A stretch of 64,000 bases of DNA from Candidatus Moraniibacteriota bacterium (GTDB lineage Bacteria; Patescibacteriota; Minisyncoccia; Moranbacterales; UBA1568): positions 2,511 to 66,510 of the forward strand of contig JBPOIB010000008.1 of the NCBI GenBank assembly GCA_052034935.1, in the 5' to 3' direction. The notes under the pieces are model-generated. The model was not told the DNA's origin, did not search any database, and saw nothing but the letters and a program-made list of their open reading frames with translations. The translations under genes were made by a program, and so were the position numbers. Shown one piece after another: positions 36,895-46,733 of this stretch. The first letter of the stretch is position 1. Each line of letters opens with the position of its first letter.

Positions 36895-39393
36895 ATGTTT
36901 TCGGAGTTCGATCTCAATGTCGTATTGCTTCCGCTCGCGTATCTCTCGGGCGGATTAGCTTTTCTTTCTGGTCTTTTTCTTGTAGTCAAAGCGTTCCTCG
37001 TCGTCCGTTTCGAAGTTGCTCAATCGCTCAATCTCGATCTTGAAATTGTTCAGGTAAGCAAAAAGAAAGTATCAGAGGGGGCAGTCCACACAGCTGAAGA
37101 ATGGCGGGAGGAGATTCGGGCAATGGAGCAGCTCCTCGCCTCACTCTCCTCGCTGAAGCGTCATCTACCTTTTTGGAAGCGTCTTTTCTTCGAGGCACCG
37201 CATATCGTCTTCGAAATCGCGAACCCTTCATCGAAGGAGGAAATATTCTTTTATCTCTCCGTTCCCAAGCATTACCGTGAGAATGTTGAAAAGCAGATCC
37301 ATAGTTTCTTTCCTCATGCCTCGATCGAAAAGGTTCCTGACTATACCATTTTCTCTCCTACTGGCGAGACGGCCGTCGCACTTCTCGAGCTCTCAGCGAG
37401 TCATGCCTTGCCCTTGAAAACATATAAGACACTCTCAGTCGATCCATTGAACGAGATTTCTAATGCTCTCTCGAAGCTTGAAACGGTTGCCGAGGGAGCG
37501 GCTATTCAAATTATTCTGGCGCCGGCCCCCAATGGTTGGCGGCGAGGAAGTCGTCAGATTGCTCAAAGAATGCAGGAGGGGAAGCGGTTAAAAGACGCGC
37601 ATCCTGAAACATTTACTTCCATGGTTGGGAAGTCGGCGCTGGAGGGAATGAACCGAGTCGTCCTTCAGCAGGATATGAAGGCGGGTAAGCTCGAAGAGAA
37701 AAAGCCGGTTGTCTTGACGCCCGAGGAACAGGAGCTCGTCAAAACAATCGACGCGAAAGCGAGCCAGTCAGCCTTTTCCGTAAATATCCGCCTTCTCGCC
37801 TCGGCAAGCACAAAGGCTCGCGCTGAAAGTATCCTCAGTCATCTGGAGAATGCTTTTTCCCAGTTCGAGAATCCGGAAGTGAACAGCTTCCGTGTTAAAA
37901 AGCGTATCTCATCGAAAAAAGCAGCCTATCATTATATTTTTCGAAACTTCGATCCCGATTCGGCCATGGTCCTCACTTCGGATGAGGTCGCGAGTTTCTT
38001 TCATTTCCCGATCTCGACTACTGAGACACCAAAAATTAAGTGGTTGAAAGCCGGTGCTGCCCCGCCGCCGATTAATATCCCGAAAGAGGGATTGTTGCTT
38101 GGCTATAACGATTACCGCAACACGAAGACAGAAATTCGTATCACGGATAATGACCGCCGCCGCCATATGTATGTGGTCGGACAGACTGGTGTCGGAAAAT
38201 CGAATTATCTCCAAGAAATGGCAAAGAAAGATGCGCGTTCTGGTAAAGGGTTCTGCTTCATCGATCCACATGGTGATGCAATCGAAGATATCCTCACTTC
38301 GATCCCGAAGGAACGCGCGGAAGACGTCATTGTCTTCGATCCATCCGATACGGCTCGCCCGATTGGAATCAATATGCTCGAATTCGATCCGAATCATCCC
38401 GAGCAGAAAACCTTCGTCATCAATGAGATGATTGGCATTTTCGATCAGTTGTACGATATGAAGGCGACCGGCGGCCCGATGTTTGAGCAATATATGCGCA
38501 ACGCCATGTTGCTTATCATGGAGCATCCAGAAAGCGGGTCGACCTTGATGGAGATCCCGAAAGTGCTCGCTGATGAAGAGTTCCGGCGCTACAAACTCGA
38601 GCATTGCGCCAATCCAATCGTCCGTGATTTCTGGCTGAAAGAGGCGGAGAAAGCTGGTGGCGAAGCGGCACTTGCGAATATGGTCCCATACATCACTTCA
38701 AAGCTGACGACATTTATTTCGAACGATATGATGCGGCCGATTATTGCGCAGCAGAAAAGTACACTCAATTTTCGTGAGCTGATGGATAGTGGAAAAATCG
38801 TCCTCATTAACCTCTCCAAGGGAAAGATTGGCGAGATTAATGCTCGCCTCCTCGGTATGGTCGTCGTCGGAAAGATACTGATGGCGGCCCTTTCCCGGAC
38901 TGATCAACCGGAAGCAGAACGGCGAGATTTTTATCTCTATCTCGACGAATTCCAGAATGTGACAACGACTTCGATTGCGCAGATCCTGTCCGAAGCGCGC
39001 AAGTACAAGCTCGTGCTCATCCTCGCTCACCAGTTCATCGCCCAACTCAAAGAGGAGATTTCGAAAGCGGTCTTTGGCAATGTCGGCTCGCTCATCTCCT
39101 TCCGGGTTGGTCCGGAGGATGCTGAATTTCTCGAGAAGCAGTTCTCTCCGGTCTTTAGCGCTCACGATATCGTGAATGTCGACAACTACCAAGCGTTTGC
39201 TCGCCTCCTCATGAATAATGAGCTGACCAAACCATTTAATATGAAAACCTATCCGCCGACTTCAGGCGATCAAGAAGTGGCCAATGCACTCAAGGAACTC
39301 TCGCGCCTACGCTACGGCCGCGACGCAAGGATCGTGAACCAGGAAATCATATCCCGCATGCATCTTGCTGAGGGGACTCGGGCGAGAACTTAA
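36895..39393 (+). CDS. VirD4/TraG/TrwB-like type IV coupling protein (T4CP) ATPase with N-terminal TM helices
   Basis: Two N-terminal TM helices. Walker A VVGQTGVGKS, T4CP-type FIDPHGD, and a TraG-D_C-like YLYLDEFQN...ILAHQFIAQL...NVGSLISFRVGPED. Confidence 0.7.
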   Translation: MFSEFDLNVVLLPLAYLSGGLAFLSGLFLVVKAFLVVRFEVAQSLNLDLEIVQVSKKKVSEGAVHTAEEWREEIRAMEQLLASLSSLKRHLPFWKRLFFEAPHIVFEIANPSSKEEIFFYLSVPKHYRENVEKQIHSFFPHASIEKVPDYTIFSPTGETAVALLELSASHALPLKTYKTLSVDPLNEISNALSKLETVAEGAAIQIILAPAPNGWRRGSRQIAQRMQEGKRLKDAHPETFTSMVGKSALEGMNRVVLQQDMKAGKLEEKKPVVLTPEEQELVKTIDAKASQSAFSVNIRLLASASTKARAESILSHLENAFSQFENPEVNSFRVKKRISSKKAAYHYIFRNFDPDSAMVLTSDEVASFFHFPISTTETPKIKWLKAGAAPPPINIPKEGLLLGYNDYRNTKTEIRITDNDRRRHMYVVGQTGVGKSNYLQEMAKKDARSGKGFCFIDPHGDAIEDILTSIPKERAEDVIVFDPSDTARPIGINMLEFDPNHPEQKTFVINEMIGIFDQLYDMKATGGPMFEQYMRNAMLLIMEHPESGSTLMEIPKVLADEEFRRYKLEHCANPIVRDFWLKEAEKAGGEAALANMVPYITSKLTTFISNDMMRPIIAQQKSTLNFRELMDSGKIVLINLSKGKIGEINARLLGMVVVGKILMAALSRTDQPEAERRDFYLYLDEFQNVTTTSIAQILSEARKYKLVLILAHQFIAQLKEEISKAVFGNVGSLISFRVGPEDAEFLEKQFSPVFSAHDIVNVDNYQAFARLLMNNELTKPFNMKTYPPTSGDQEVANALKELSRLRYGRDARIVNQEIISRMHLAEGTRART

Positions 39394-39413
39394 CGAGCGT
39401 TGAGAAAATCCCT

Positions 39414-39851
39414 ATGAAGTATACGGAATATATAGATACACTTCCCGTCGGTACGTGTCCCTTTTGCGCTTCTGATGACCGACGGTTGATTGAGAACGAG
39501 ACGGCCTATGTCACATATGCCCTTGCTCCGTATCATAAACATCACTTACTCATCATCCCAAAAGACCACAAGAAATCATTTCTTCACCTCAGCCCAGAAG
39601 AACATATCGATATCCAGGATCTCGCACAAAAAAGCTCGCGTCTGCTCCGGTATCTCGGATACGAGAATTTTACCATGATGGTTCGCGAGGGGGCGGAAGG
39701 AGCGAGGAGTGTCGAACATCTCCATTACCACTTCATCCCGAATGTCCGTCTCGGCGATCTCGATCATGCGAATGGCGCCCGGAACGTGATGTCTGATGAA
39801 GAGGTTCAATCCCTCATAGTCGAGCTTAGGAGCGTGATTGATCAGCTCTAG
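39414..39851 (+). CDS. HIT-family (histidine triad) hydrolase
   Basis: HLHYHFIP histidine triad and an N-terminal CPFC motif. Confidence 0.75.
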   Translation: MKYTEYIDTLPVGTCPFCASDDRRLIENETAYVTYALAPYHKHHLLIIPKDHKKSFLHLSPEEHIDIQDLAQKSSRLLRYLGYENFTMMVREGAEGARSVEHLHYHFIPNVRLGDLDHANGARNVMSDEEVQSLIVELRSVIDQL

Positions 39852-39915
39852 GCTTCAGAAAAAAGTATTTTTATATCTGCTCCGTCTCGTGTTCTTTTAG
39901 ACGGAGAAGAGAATT

Positions 39916-42297
39916 TTACTGTATCCGCCAGACGGCGACAGCACCGTGGCTGGATGTGAGAAGTTCAGTCCCATCGTTCGATACGGTGATAGCCTCAGTC
40001 CCGCTGAATGATTCATGGAAGTATTGGTTGATAAGCACTCCTGAGAGAGACCAGCGAAGGATGCGTCGGCTGCCTCGGTCGAGAGCGAAGACATCACCAT
40101 TCTTCGGGTTGAAAGAAAGAGTGTCCGTCATGACCGGTGCGGCGCTTCCTGAAAAAACAACACCGGTGTTTTTTCCGCGCGTGAAAATGATAGGGCGACC
40201 GTCATTTCCTACCAGGGCGATGTTCTCATAGACACTCATCGCCGATTTTTCTTTCAAATTGAGAGTCTCTTTGGACCAGGTAATCGCGTCACCGAAGCCG
40301 CCTTCAGCTCGAGGGAAGCGATAAATTTTTCCGGCTGTCTGGTCGAGAACATAGAGGTAGGTGAGGTAAGAGCCGAGAGCGTCGATGTTTGTTCCGGAGG
40401 CGAGGGGGAGAGTATTCAATTCAAATTTTTTGTTCGTGACGCTATAGAGATAGAGCGCTCCGGATTCGCTGAGGAGGAATAGCGCATCGAGGTCATCCAT
40501 GCCAGTAGCGAGACGGATTGTTTCCGGAGCATTCGTTGATTCTTGAGTCTTCAGGTTCGTGATGCGCTTTCCAGTGATGAGAAAGGGAACATCATTAATG
40601 TTCGTAAGCGCCACGGTCGCTGCGTCACCAATCGGCGAGAGTGTTCGGTCACCACTGAGGCGGATTGACAATGGTTCATCGGCCGGAGGAAAAACCTTCG
40701 CTTCGGCCGTTGCGGGGGTATTTTCGACGGCAGGGGCAGCTGTCTGCTCGGACACCCCAGTCTCGTCAGTTGAAAAGAGAAATAGACTGAGGGCGAGCAT
40801 GATAACGCACCCGGTGATAAGAAAAAGCCAGCCTTTCGTTGACAAGTTCTGGATGAGGGGAGGAATCGCGCTGAAAAGTCGACTGAGGAGATTAGCTATT
40901 TTTCTAACCATGCGATGCCAGGCCTCCTTTCCGGTTCCGAGGGCGCCCATACTGATTGTACGGACGCGGAGATGGGTTGCCCGTGCTTTTTCACCGAGAG
41001 ATACATAGCGAGAGCGGACAGAATCGGACGGCTCGGATATCGTGATAGCCGGGGCTGGGGTATTTGTCGGAGGGTCTATTTCAGTGACAGGAATCGATCG
41101 GTTTTCTGATTCCCTTACTTGGCGAGCTTCTCGGAAAGCCTGCCATTTCAACTGAATTGATCGCTTGCTGAGGCGCGTACGCCGCTCGGCCGCGCGCTTC
41201 AGAACACTGAGCTGCGAGTATAATTCATCAACCAGGAAGCCGGACTCTTTGCTAATCCGGCGGAAAGTCTTTTTAGTGCTGGCCTGGGCCGCTCGCGCGT
41301 GCAGATCGAAGTGATGTCGGAAGACATCCCAGGACTCTTTCCAGTGTGTATCTGGCGTACGGAATGATTCGTCGTTCGAGGCCTGAACGTAAATGTGGCC
41401 AGTTTTCGCATCAGTGTATTCTGTTTTCGGAACTTCCCCTTGAGAAGAAGGTTCCTTTTTTGAGGGGCTTGATTCATGTTTGGACTGGAGCGCTTCAGAG
41501 AACGGCTTTCCGCTCCAAACGTTTTCAAGGCTAATGGGTGGTTTTTTCGATTCTTTTCTCGCCGGTGCAGGTTTGATGACCTCGACCGGGGCGGAACAGA
41601 GGAGAATGGCTGCTGCTGCGACCGGCAACTCATTGATAAGGGCGGTACGGAGAAACTGCTCGAAGCCGGCTGGTCCGAGGCGACTCAGACTTCGCGCGAG
41701 TTCTCCAGGTGAGAAAAGTGACCATATTGATGGGGAAAAGGCAATCACGAGGTCGCCGTCGAAAAGTTCGCCGCTGGAGACTTCAGTGAAGGTTTTGAGT
41801 GGATGCGGCTCGCTGCCGGTATCGGCAAGCCCTTGACTGATCGATTGGAATGAGTCATTTCTGGCGAGATAGAGTTCGCCTTCTCCGGTAGCGGAGAAAT
41901 GAAGAAGGTTCTCATTGACCGCGCCAATCGCTCCATGGAGATGGCCGAGCCAGGAGACATTGCCATGTTTGACTATTTCGGCTAAGGCGACATTGATCTT
42001 GTGAAGAGCGGCATCAAAACTATCAGTCGGACTCCGTCGCGGATTGGCAAAGTATTCTTTCTTGGCGACGGAAGTGAGAAAATTGACGATGTAGGCAGCG
42101 TCTTGATCATGGATCTCTACCTCGAAAAAACCGAAAAGCGTCCCGAGGCTCTTGCCCGCGACGTTATCGCTCGCGTAATGGAAAGCTATGATGTAGGGCT
42201 CTTGCGCACGCCCAGCCCCCACGACGATTTCTTTGTATGACTTTTCGAGTACGGCCAGGGACTGCTTTTTAGCCCGGTCATCGATGCGTTGACGCAT
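39916..42297 (-). CDS. Membrane protein with N-terminal PP2C-like (SpoIIE/PPM-type) domain, one TM helix and a large extracytoplasmic C-terminal domain
   Basis: GEGELYLARNDSFQSIS and DGDLVIAFSPSIW resemble PPM motifs. TM segment WLFLITGCVIMLALSLFLF. The functional call is tentative. Confidence 0.5.
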   Translation of the reverse strand: MRQRIDDRAKKQSLAVLEKSYKEIVVGAGRAQEPYIIAFHYASDNVAGKSLGTLFGFFEVEIHDQDAAYIVNFLTSVAKKEYFANPRRSPTDSFDAALHKINVALAEIVKHGNVSWLGHLHGAIGAVNENLLHFSATGEGELYLARNDSFQSISQGLADTGSEPHPLKTFTEVSSGELFDGDLVIAFSPSIWSLFSPGELARSLSRLGPAGFEQFLRTALINELPVAAAAILLCSAPVEVIKPAPARKESKKPPISLENVWSGKPFSEALQSKHESSPSKKEPSSQGEVPKTEYTDAKTGHIYVQASNDESFRTPDTHWKESWDVFRHHFDLHARAAQASTKKTFRRISKESGFLVDELYSQLSVLKRAAERRTRLSKRSIQLKWQAFREARQVRESENRSIPVTEIDPPTNTPAPAITISEPSDSVRSRYVSLGEKARATHLRVRTISMGALGTGKEAWHRMVRKIANLLSRLFSAIPPLIQNLSTKGWLFLITGCVIMLALSLFLFSTDETGVSEQTAAPAVENTPATAEAKVFPPADEPLSIRLSGDRTLSPIGDAATVALTNINDVPFLITGKRITNLKTQESTNAPETIRLATGMDDLDALFLLSESGALYLYSVTNKKFELNTLPLASGTNIDALGSYLTYLYVLDQTAGKIYRFPRAEGGFGDAITWSKETLNLKEKSAMSVYENIALVGNDGRPIIFTRGKNTGVVFSGSAAPVMTDTLSFNPKNGDVFALDRGSRRILRWSLSGVLINQYFHESFSGTEAITVSNDGTELLTSSHGAVAVWRIQ

Positions 42298-42448
42298 ACC
42301 ACATAGTATACCATAAATTGTCTCAAAAAAGTCATTCTTTATCCTTTAGCTAAGCCTCAAAGAAGCATTCTTTTACTTTGACTTTTCGGGTACCGGTTCG
42401 TATACTGGGGCTATTGGCACGTAATTCATGTAATGGCTGATTTCGCCT

Positions 42449-43054
42449 ATGTCCGTCGCTTTGTTTGAAGCACTTTTTGGCTCCCGTTCAAGGGCTCGTC
42501 TCATCCGCTATTTCACGATGAATCCAGAGACCGAGTTCTCCGTTTCCGATATTGCCGACAAGACAATGGTATCGCGCAGCGATGTGCTGCGCGAAGTGAA
42601 GCGCCTGGCCAAGATGAAGTTCGTCTTTGAGAAATCCCGGCAGGGGAAGAAAGTGTATATCGCCAATACGGACTTCCCATTCTATCTCGAGATGAAGACC
42701 CTCGTCTCCAAGCTGAATGTTAATGCTCAGTCGCAAGTTTTCCGTAAGCTGAAAACGGTCGGTGAGGTGAAACTTATCCTCATCAGTGGCCTCTTCCTGA
42801 ACTACCCCAAGGCAAAGGTGGATATGGTGCTTGTCGTGAATAACATCAATCGCGCCAAATTGAAACAGGCGTTGACGCATCTTGAGGCGGAGGTTGGGAA
42901 AGAGATCCGCTTCGTACTTATGACGAGTGAGGAGCTTCATTACCGTTTGAATATGCTTGACCGCTTCTTTATTGAGTTCCTCGAGGGTCCTTACGAGGAG
43001 GTTGTTAACCGGATTGCCGAATTGAAACGCTTTATTGCCGGACTGCGCAAATAA
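42449..43054 (+). CDS. Hypothetical wHTH-type regulator-like protein
   Basis: N-terminal winged-helix-like segment (ARLIRYF...SVSDIADKTMVSRSDVLREVKRL). Confidence 0.5.
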   Translation: MSVALFEALFGSRSRARLIRYFTMNPETEFSVSDIADKTMVSRSDVLREVKRLAKMKFVFEKSRQGKKVYIANTDFPFYLEMKTLVSKLNVNAQSQVFRKLKTVGEVKLILISGLFLNYPKAKVDMVLVVNNINRAKLKQALTHLEAEVGKEIRFVLMTSEELHYRLNMLDRFFIEFLEGPYEEVVNRIAELKRFIAGLRK

Positions 43055-43057
43055 GCC

Positions 43058-44143
43058 ATGTCTATCGATACGATTATTGTCATTCTCGCTGCTCTCCTTG
43101 TTGGGGGAACTGTTGCTGCGGCCATTTTCTTCTTCCAGTCCAGACTTCGTTCGATTGATGAGAAGCGGGCTCTCCTCGAGCATCAGGTCTCGGATATGGG
43201 GCAGGGGATGCGGCAAGACATACATCAGTTCTCAGCGACGATGTCCCAGATGCTCCACGGGATGCAGTCGACCCTCGATAAGCGCCTTTCTGATAATACA
43301 GAACGCCTTGATCAGCGTCTGGATAATGCCGGCCGCCAATTCCTTGATGTTCGTGAGCGGTTGGCTGAGATGGGTAAAACGAACGAGCAGATTCTTGAGG
43401 TGACCAAGGATGTAGCTTCGCTCCAAGATATCTTGAAAGCGCCGAAGATCCGGGGTGGTTTTGGTGAAATGATGCTGGCTGACATGCTTTCCCAGATGCT
43501 CTCGAAGGAGAATTATATCTTGCAGCACACATTCCGGTCGGGAGAGACGGTCGATGCTCTCATCACGCTTCAGGGTGGTAGTATCAGTGTTGATTCAAAA
43601 TTCCCGCTTGAGAACTTCAAACGCGTTATTTCACTCGAGAACGATTCGGATCGGGCAGCAGCGCGACGGCAGTTTATCACTGACGTAAAGAAGCATGTTG
43701 ACGCAATTTCGGCGAAGTATATCCTGCCGAGCGAGGGGACGCTCGACTGGGCGCTCATGTATATTCCCGCGGAAAATGTCTACTATGAGATCATCATCAA
43801 GGACGAGGACCAGCGTGACCTGTATGAATACTTCAATAAGAAGCGTGTTATTCCGGTTTCGCCCAACTCTTTCTACGCTTACCTAAAGACGATTATGTTT
43901 GGCTTGCAGGGGATGCAGATCGAGAAGCGGGCGAAGGAGATGTTCGTCCAACTGGAACGTCTCGGGCAGGAGTTCGGGAAATTCGGCGAAGAGTTTGAGC
44001 TTGTCGGTAAGCATATAAGCAATGCCAACAAGAAATATGAGGATGCGGAGAAACGGCTCATGAAGCTCGGCGACCAGATGGAGCGGACTCGTCTCGCGGC
44101 GCCGGAAGATGATTCCGTGCCGGTGCTCCCTCTTGCGGAATAA
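43058..44143 (+). CDS. rmuC: DNA recombination protein RmuC
   Basis: N-terminal TM helix, coiled coil and a RmuC-type C-terminal domain (YIPAENVYYEII...). Confidence 0.8.
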   Translation: MSIDTIIVILAALLVGGTVAAAIFFFQSRLRSIDEKRALLEHQVSDMGQGMRQDIHQFSATMSQMLHGMQSTLDKRLSDNTERLDQRLDNAGRQFLDVRERLAEMGKTNEQILEVTKDVASLQDILKAPKIRGGFGEMMLADMLSQMLSKENYILQHTFRSGETVDALITLQGGSISVDSKFPLENFKRVISLENDSDRAAARRQFITDVKKHVDAISAKYILPSEGTLDWALMYIPAENVYYEIIIKDEDQRDLYEYFNKKRVIPVSPNSFYAYLKTIMFGLQGMQIEKRAKEMFVQLERLGQEFGKFGEEFELVGKHISNANKKYEDAEKRLMKLGDQMERTRLAAPEDDSVPVLPLAE

Positions 44144-44145
44144 AT

Positions 44146-44520
44146 ATGGCTGAAGAAATACTTTTTACAGAGGAACGGATCCGCTCGATTTATTTCAAGA
44201 GCCGGTACTGGATATTTCGAGGCGGACTACTTGCCTTTATTGTTCAATTCGCGCTCGTGGCATTTTTCATCCGGCCGGACTCAGGGACGATCATCCTCCG
44301 ATACAATTCATTTTTCGGAGTCGATCTTCTCGGGGCCTGGTGGCAGGCGTATCTGGTCCCGGGAATCTGCCTCGGTTTTTTCCTCATTAACCTCGTGCTG
44401 GCACTGTTTCTTTTTCGAAGGCAATCATTTCTCGCCGCACTCATCCTACTTTATGGTGCTTTTCTAGTCGTCGTCTCGGGATCGCTTGCAACTGCGACAC
44501 TTATTTTCATCAACACATAG
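44146..44520 (+). CDS. Small polytopic membrane protein, hypothetical
   Basis: Three or four predicted TM segments. Confidence 0.5.
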   Translation: MAEEILFTEERIRSIYFKSRYWIFRGGLLAFIVQFALVAFFIRPDSGTIILRYNSFFGVDLLGAWWQAYLVPGICLGFFLINLVLALFLFRRQSFLAALILLYGAFLVVVSGSLATATLIFINT

Positions 44521-44535
44521 CCTGCGAGGACTGAT

Positions 44536-45561
44536 ATGGAACACGGACCGATGTTCTACCTCTCTTCTTGGCTTCTGGCACTTCTCTTTTCCGCCACCGC
44601 CCTCTTTCTTGCGTTCAAGGTGCCCTTCCTTCGAAAAATAAGGGAACGGAAAGAGGGTCATCGGAGCGCAGTTTCATCCATTGGCTTTCGTTTAGGTGGG
44701 TTCTTCTTGGCTGGAATCTTCCTTCTCCTTCTCCTCGGAGATTCGCGCCTTGAACATACCGAATCCTTCATAGCTTTCTTTATTGGTACTATGGCGATTA
44801 TGGTCTTTTCACTTGCCGACGACTTGGCCCATGTCGCGTGGCCATGGCACCTTGGTTTTCAAATCCTCCTCGGAATACTTCTTTTCACATCGGGCCTGAA
44901 GGTTGAGATTGGTACCTACTTCCCTAGACTCTCGGCCCTTGATGATGGATTGCTCACCGGCCTTTTCCTGGTCCTGGTCTGGCTCCTCCTCGTTATGAAT
45001 GCGCTCAATTGGGCAGATGGCATCGATGGACTCATGCCCGGGGTCGCAGCCATCTCTTTCGGCGTACTCTTTCTACTCGCTCTCCGTCCCGAGGTTAATC
45101 AGCCAGCGGTCGCCATTCTCTCGATCATGCTCTTCGGTCTCTCGCTCAGTCTTCTTTTTTTCAATTGGTATCCGGCGCGTATCCTCGCGGGAACTGGCGG
45201 AGCATATTTTTTTGGTTTCGCTTTAGCTGTCCTCGGTCTATATGCTGGGATGAAAATTGCAACGCTTTTTCTGGTGTTGGTTATCCCGGTATTCGATGCA
45301 TTATTTGTCATCGTCCGGCGGATTTGGTTCGGTCATTCGCCGTTCCAGCCCGACCAAGAGCACCTGCATCACTTGCTCTGTCTTAGGGGTTGGAGTGTGA
45401 GTCAGGTCGCAGCAGCCTATCTTTTTTTTACGACTTGTCTCGCACTCCTGGCCCTTTCTTTCGAGGAAGAGAAGAAGTTAATATTTTTTATCTCGTCTGG
45501 AATACTGATCATTCTTGTTTCATCGACAATTCATTTTTCCATCATGAGAGCCAAAAAATAG
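44536..45561 (+). CDS. GT4 MraY/WecA-family polyprenyl-phosphate HexNAc-1-phosphate transferase
   Basis: NALNWADGIDGL motif and about 10 predicted TM segments. Confidence 0.7.
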   Translation: MEHGPMFYLSSWLLALLFSATALFLAFKVPFLRKIRERKEGHRSAVSSIGFRLGGFFLAGIFLLLLLGDSRLEHTESFIAFFIGTMAIMVFSLADDLAHVAWPWHLGFQILLGILLFTSGLKVEIGTYFPRLSALDDGLLTGLFLVLVWLLLVMNALNWADGIDGLMPGVAAISFGVLFLLALRPEVNQPAVAILSIMLFGLSLSLLFFNWYPARILAGTGGAYFFGFALAVLGLYAGMKIATLFLVLVIPVFDALFVIVRRIWFGHSPFQPDQEHLHHLLCLRGWSVSQVAAAYLFFTTCLALLALSFEEEKKLIFFISSGILIILVSSTIHFSIMRAKK

Positions 45562-45567
45562 TCTTGT

Positions 45568-46047
45568 ATGAAAGATGAACAAACAGCTCTGATCAGACGT
45601 TTCGGCATCATCGCAGCCTTTGTGCTTCTTTTAGGAGGAGCCTTCATGCTTAGTCGCTCGGCGAATACGTTCGACCCTGAGACGGAGAGCCTTTTCCCGA
45701 CGAGTGCTCATGGGGCTGGCCGCTCATGGGAGCTCGATATCGCAGCAACGCCGGAAACCAGAGTATTCGGTCTCGGGGGGCGAGAGAGCTATCCAGCAGG
45801 TCGAGGAATGCTTTTCCTCTTTCCGGAGGTAAACCAGCATGGTTTCTGGATGAAGGGCATGCATTTTCCCATTGATATCATTTTTATGCGATCAGGCCGG
45901 ATCGTTTTCATTGAGCGCTCGTTTCAACCGACTGACACTCGGATTGTAGTTCCTCCGGTGTCAGTAGATCAGGTGCTCGAGGTGAATGCTGGTGAGGCTG
46001 ATCAACTTTTCCCAGGGGATCGAATCTGGTACTGGCGTTCGGTGTAG
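45568..46047 (+). CDS. DUF192-domain protein
   Basis: GLGGRESYPAGRGMLFLFP ... MKGMHFPIDIIF pattern. Confidence 0.65.
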   Translation: MKDEQTALIRRFGIIAAFVLLLGGAFMLSRSANTFDPETESLFPTSAHGAGRSWELDIAATPETRVFGLGGRESYPAGRGMLFLFPEVNQHGFWMKGMHFPIDIIFMRSGRIVFIERSFQPTDTRIVVPPVSVDQVLEVNAGEADQLFPGDRIWYWRSV

Positions 46048-46076
46048 TTTACGGGGAGTAATTCACTTCTGAAAAA

Positions 46077-46106
46077 GCCAAAAACCCCGGAGTCCGGGGT
46101 TTTTGG
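46077..46106. terminator. Bidirectional intrinsic terminator (AAAAACCCCGG-agt-CCGGGGTTTTT) between convergent genes
   Basis: Perfect palindrome with A- and T-tracts on both sides. Confidence 0.7.
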
Positions 46107-46136
46107 TGCAATTGCAGAAGGTACGGAGAGAACGGG

Positions 46137-46733
46137 TTACGAGCGATAAGCGGCGACGCGGCTTGAATACTTTTTGAGATTATTCAGCTGGTTCGCGCTG
46201 AGCATTTTCGACTGATCGATGGCCTGACGAATCAGATCCTTCGAGAATTCAGCCGAGGAACCGACGGCGAGCGAGTTTTTCGAGCCGACAGCTTTTCGGA
46301 GGTAGTCTTCAATGTAGACTTTGTGTTCACCGGTAAGCGATGAATCAGGGGTCTTCTCGAGGTAGTTTGCAAGCGCGCGGCGGGCGAGATGGGTCGAGCC
46401 ATCGCCCTTGGTTGCAGTTTCGATGAATGATCCAGCGGTCTCTTTACTGACTTCTTCTGGGGCAGTCGTGACCTTTGACGGATCATTGGCGGCGCTCATA
46501 CCATCAGCAGCTTTTTCTGAATCCATGCTTTCGGATTCGGTAGCCACGGTCATATCATCGGTCGTATCCAGAGTCTCATCGGCACGCTGTGAGTAGGAAT
46601 AGATACCGAGTGCGATTGCCGCGACGATAAAGAAGCTAACGATGACACGGAGGTTTTCCTGGAGCCAGAGCTTGGCCTGGTCAGTGATGCGTTCTTCTTC
46701 GTTCATGTTCATGTTTTCATCCATAAGAGTCAC
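46137..46733 (-). CDS. Hypothetical membrane-anchored protein (one TM, low-complexity exterior)
   Basis: ORF with TM segment VIVSFFIVAAIALGIY. Confidence 0.5.
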   Translation of the reverse strand: MTLMDENMNMNEEERITDQAKLWLQENLRVIVSFFIVAAIALGIYSYSQRADETLDTTDDMTVATESESMDSEKAADGMSAANDPSKVTTAPEEVSKETAGSFIETATKGDGSTHLARRALANYLEKTPDSSLTGEHKVYIEDYLRKAVGSKNSLAVGSSAEFSKDLIRQAIDQSKMLSANQLNNLKKYSSRVAAYRS

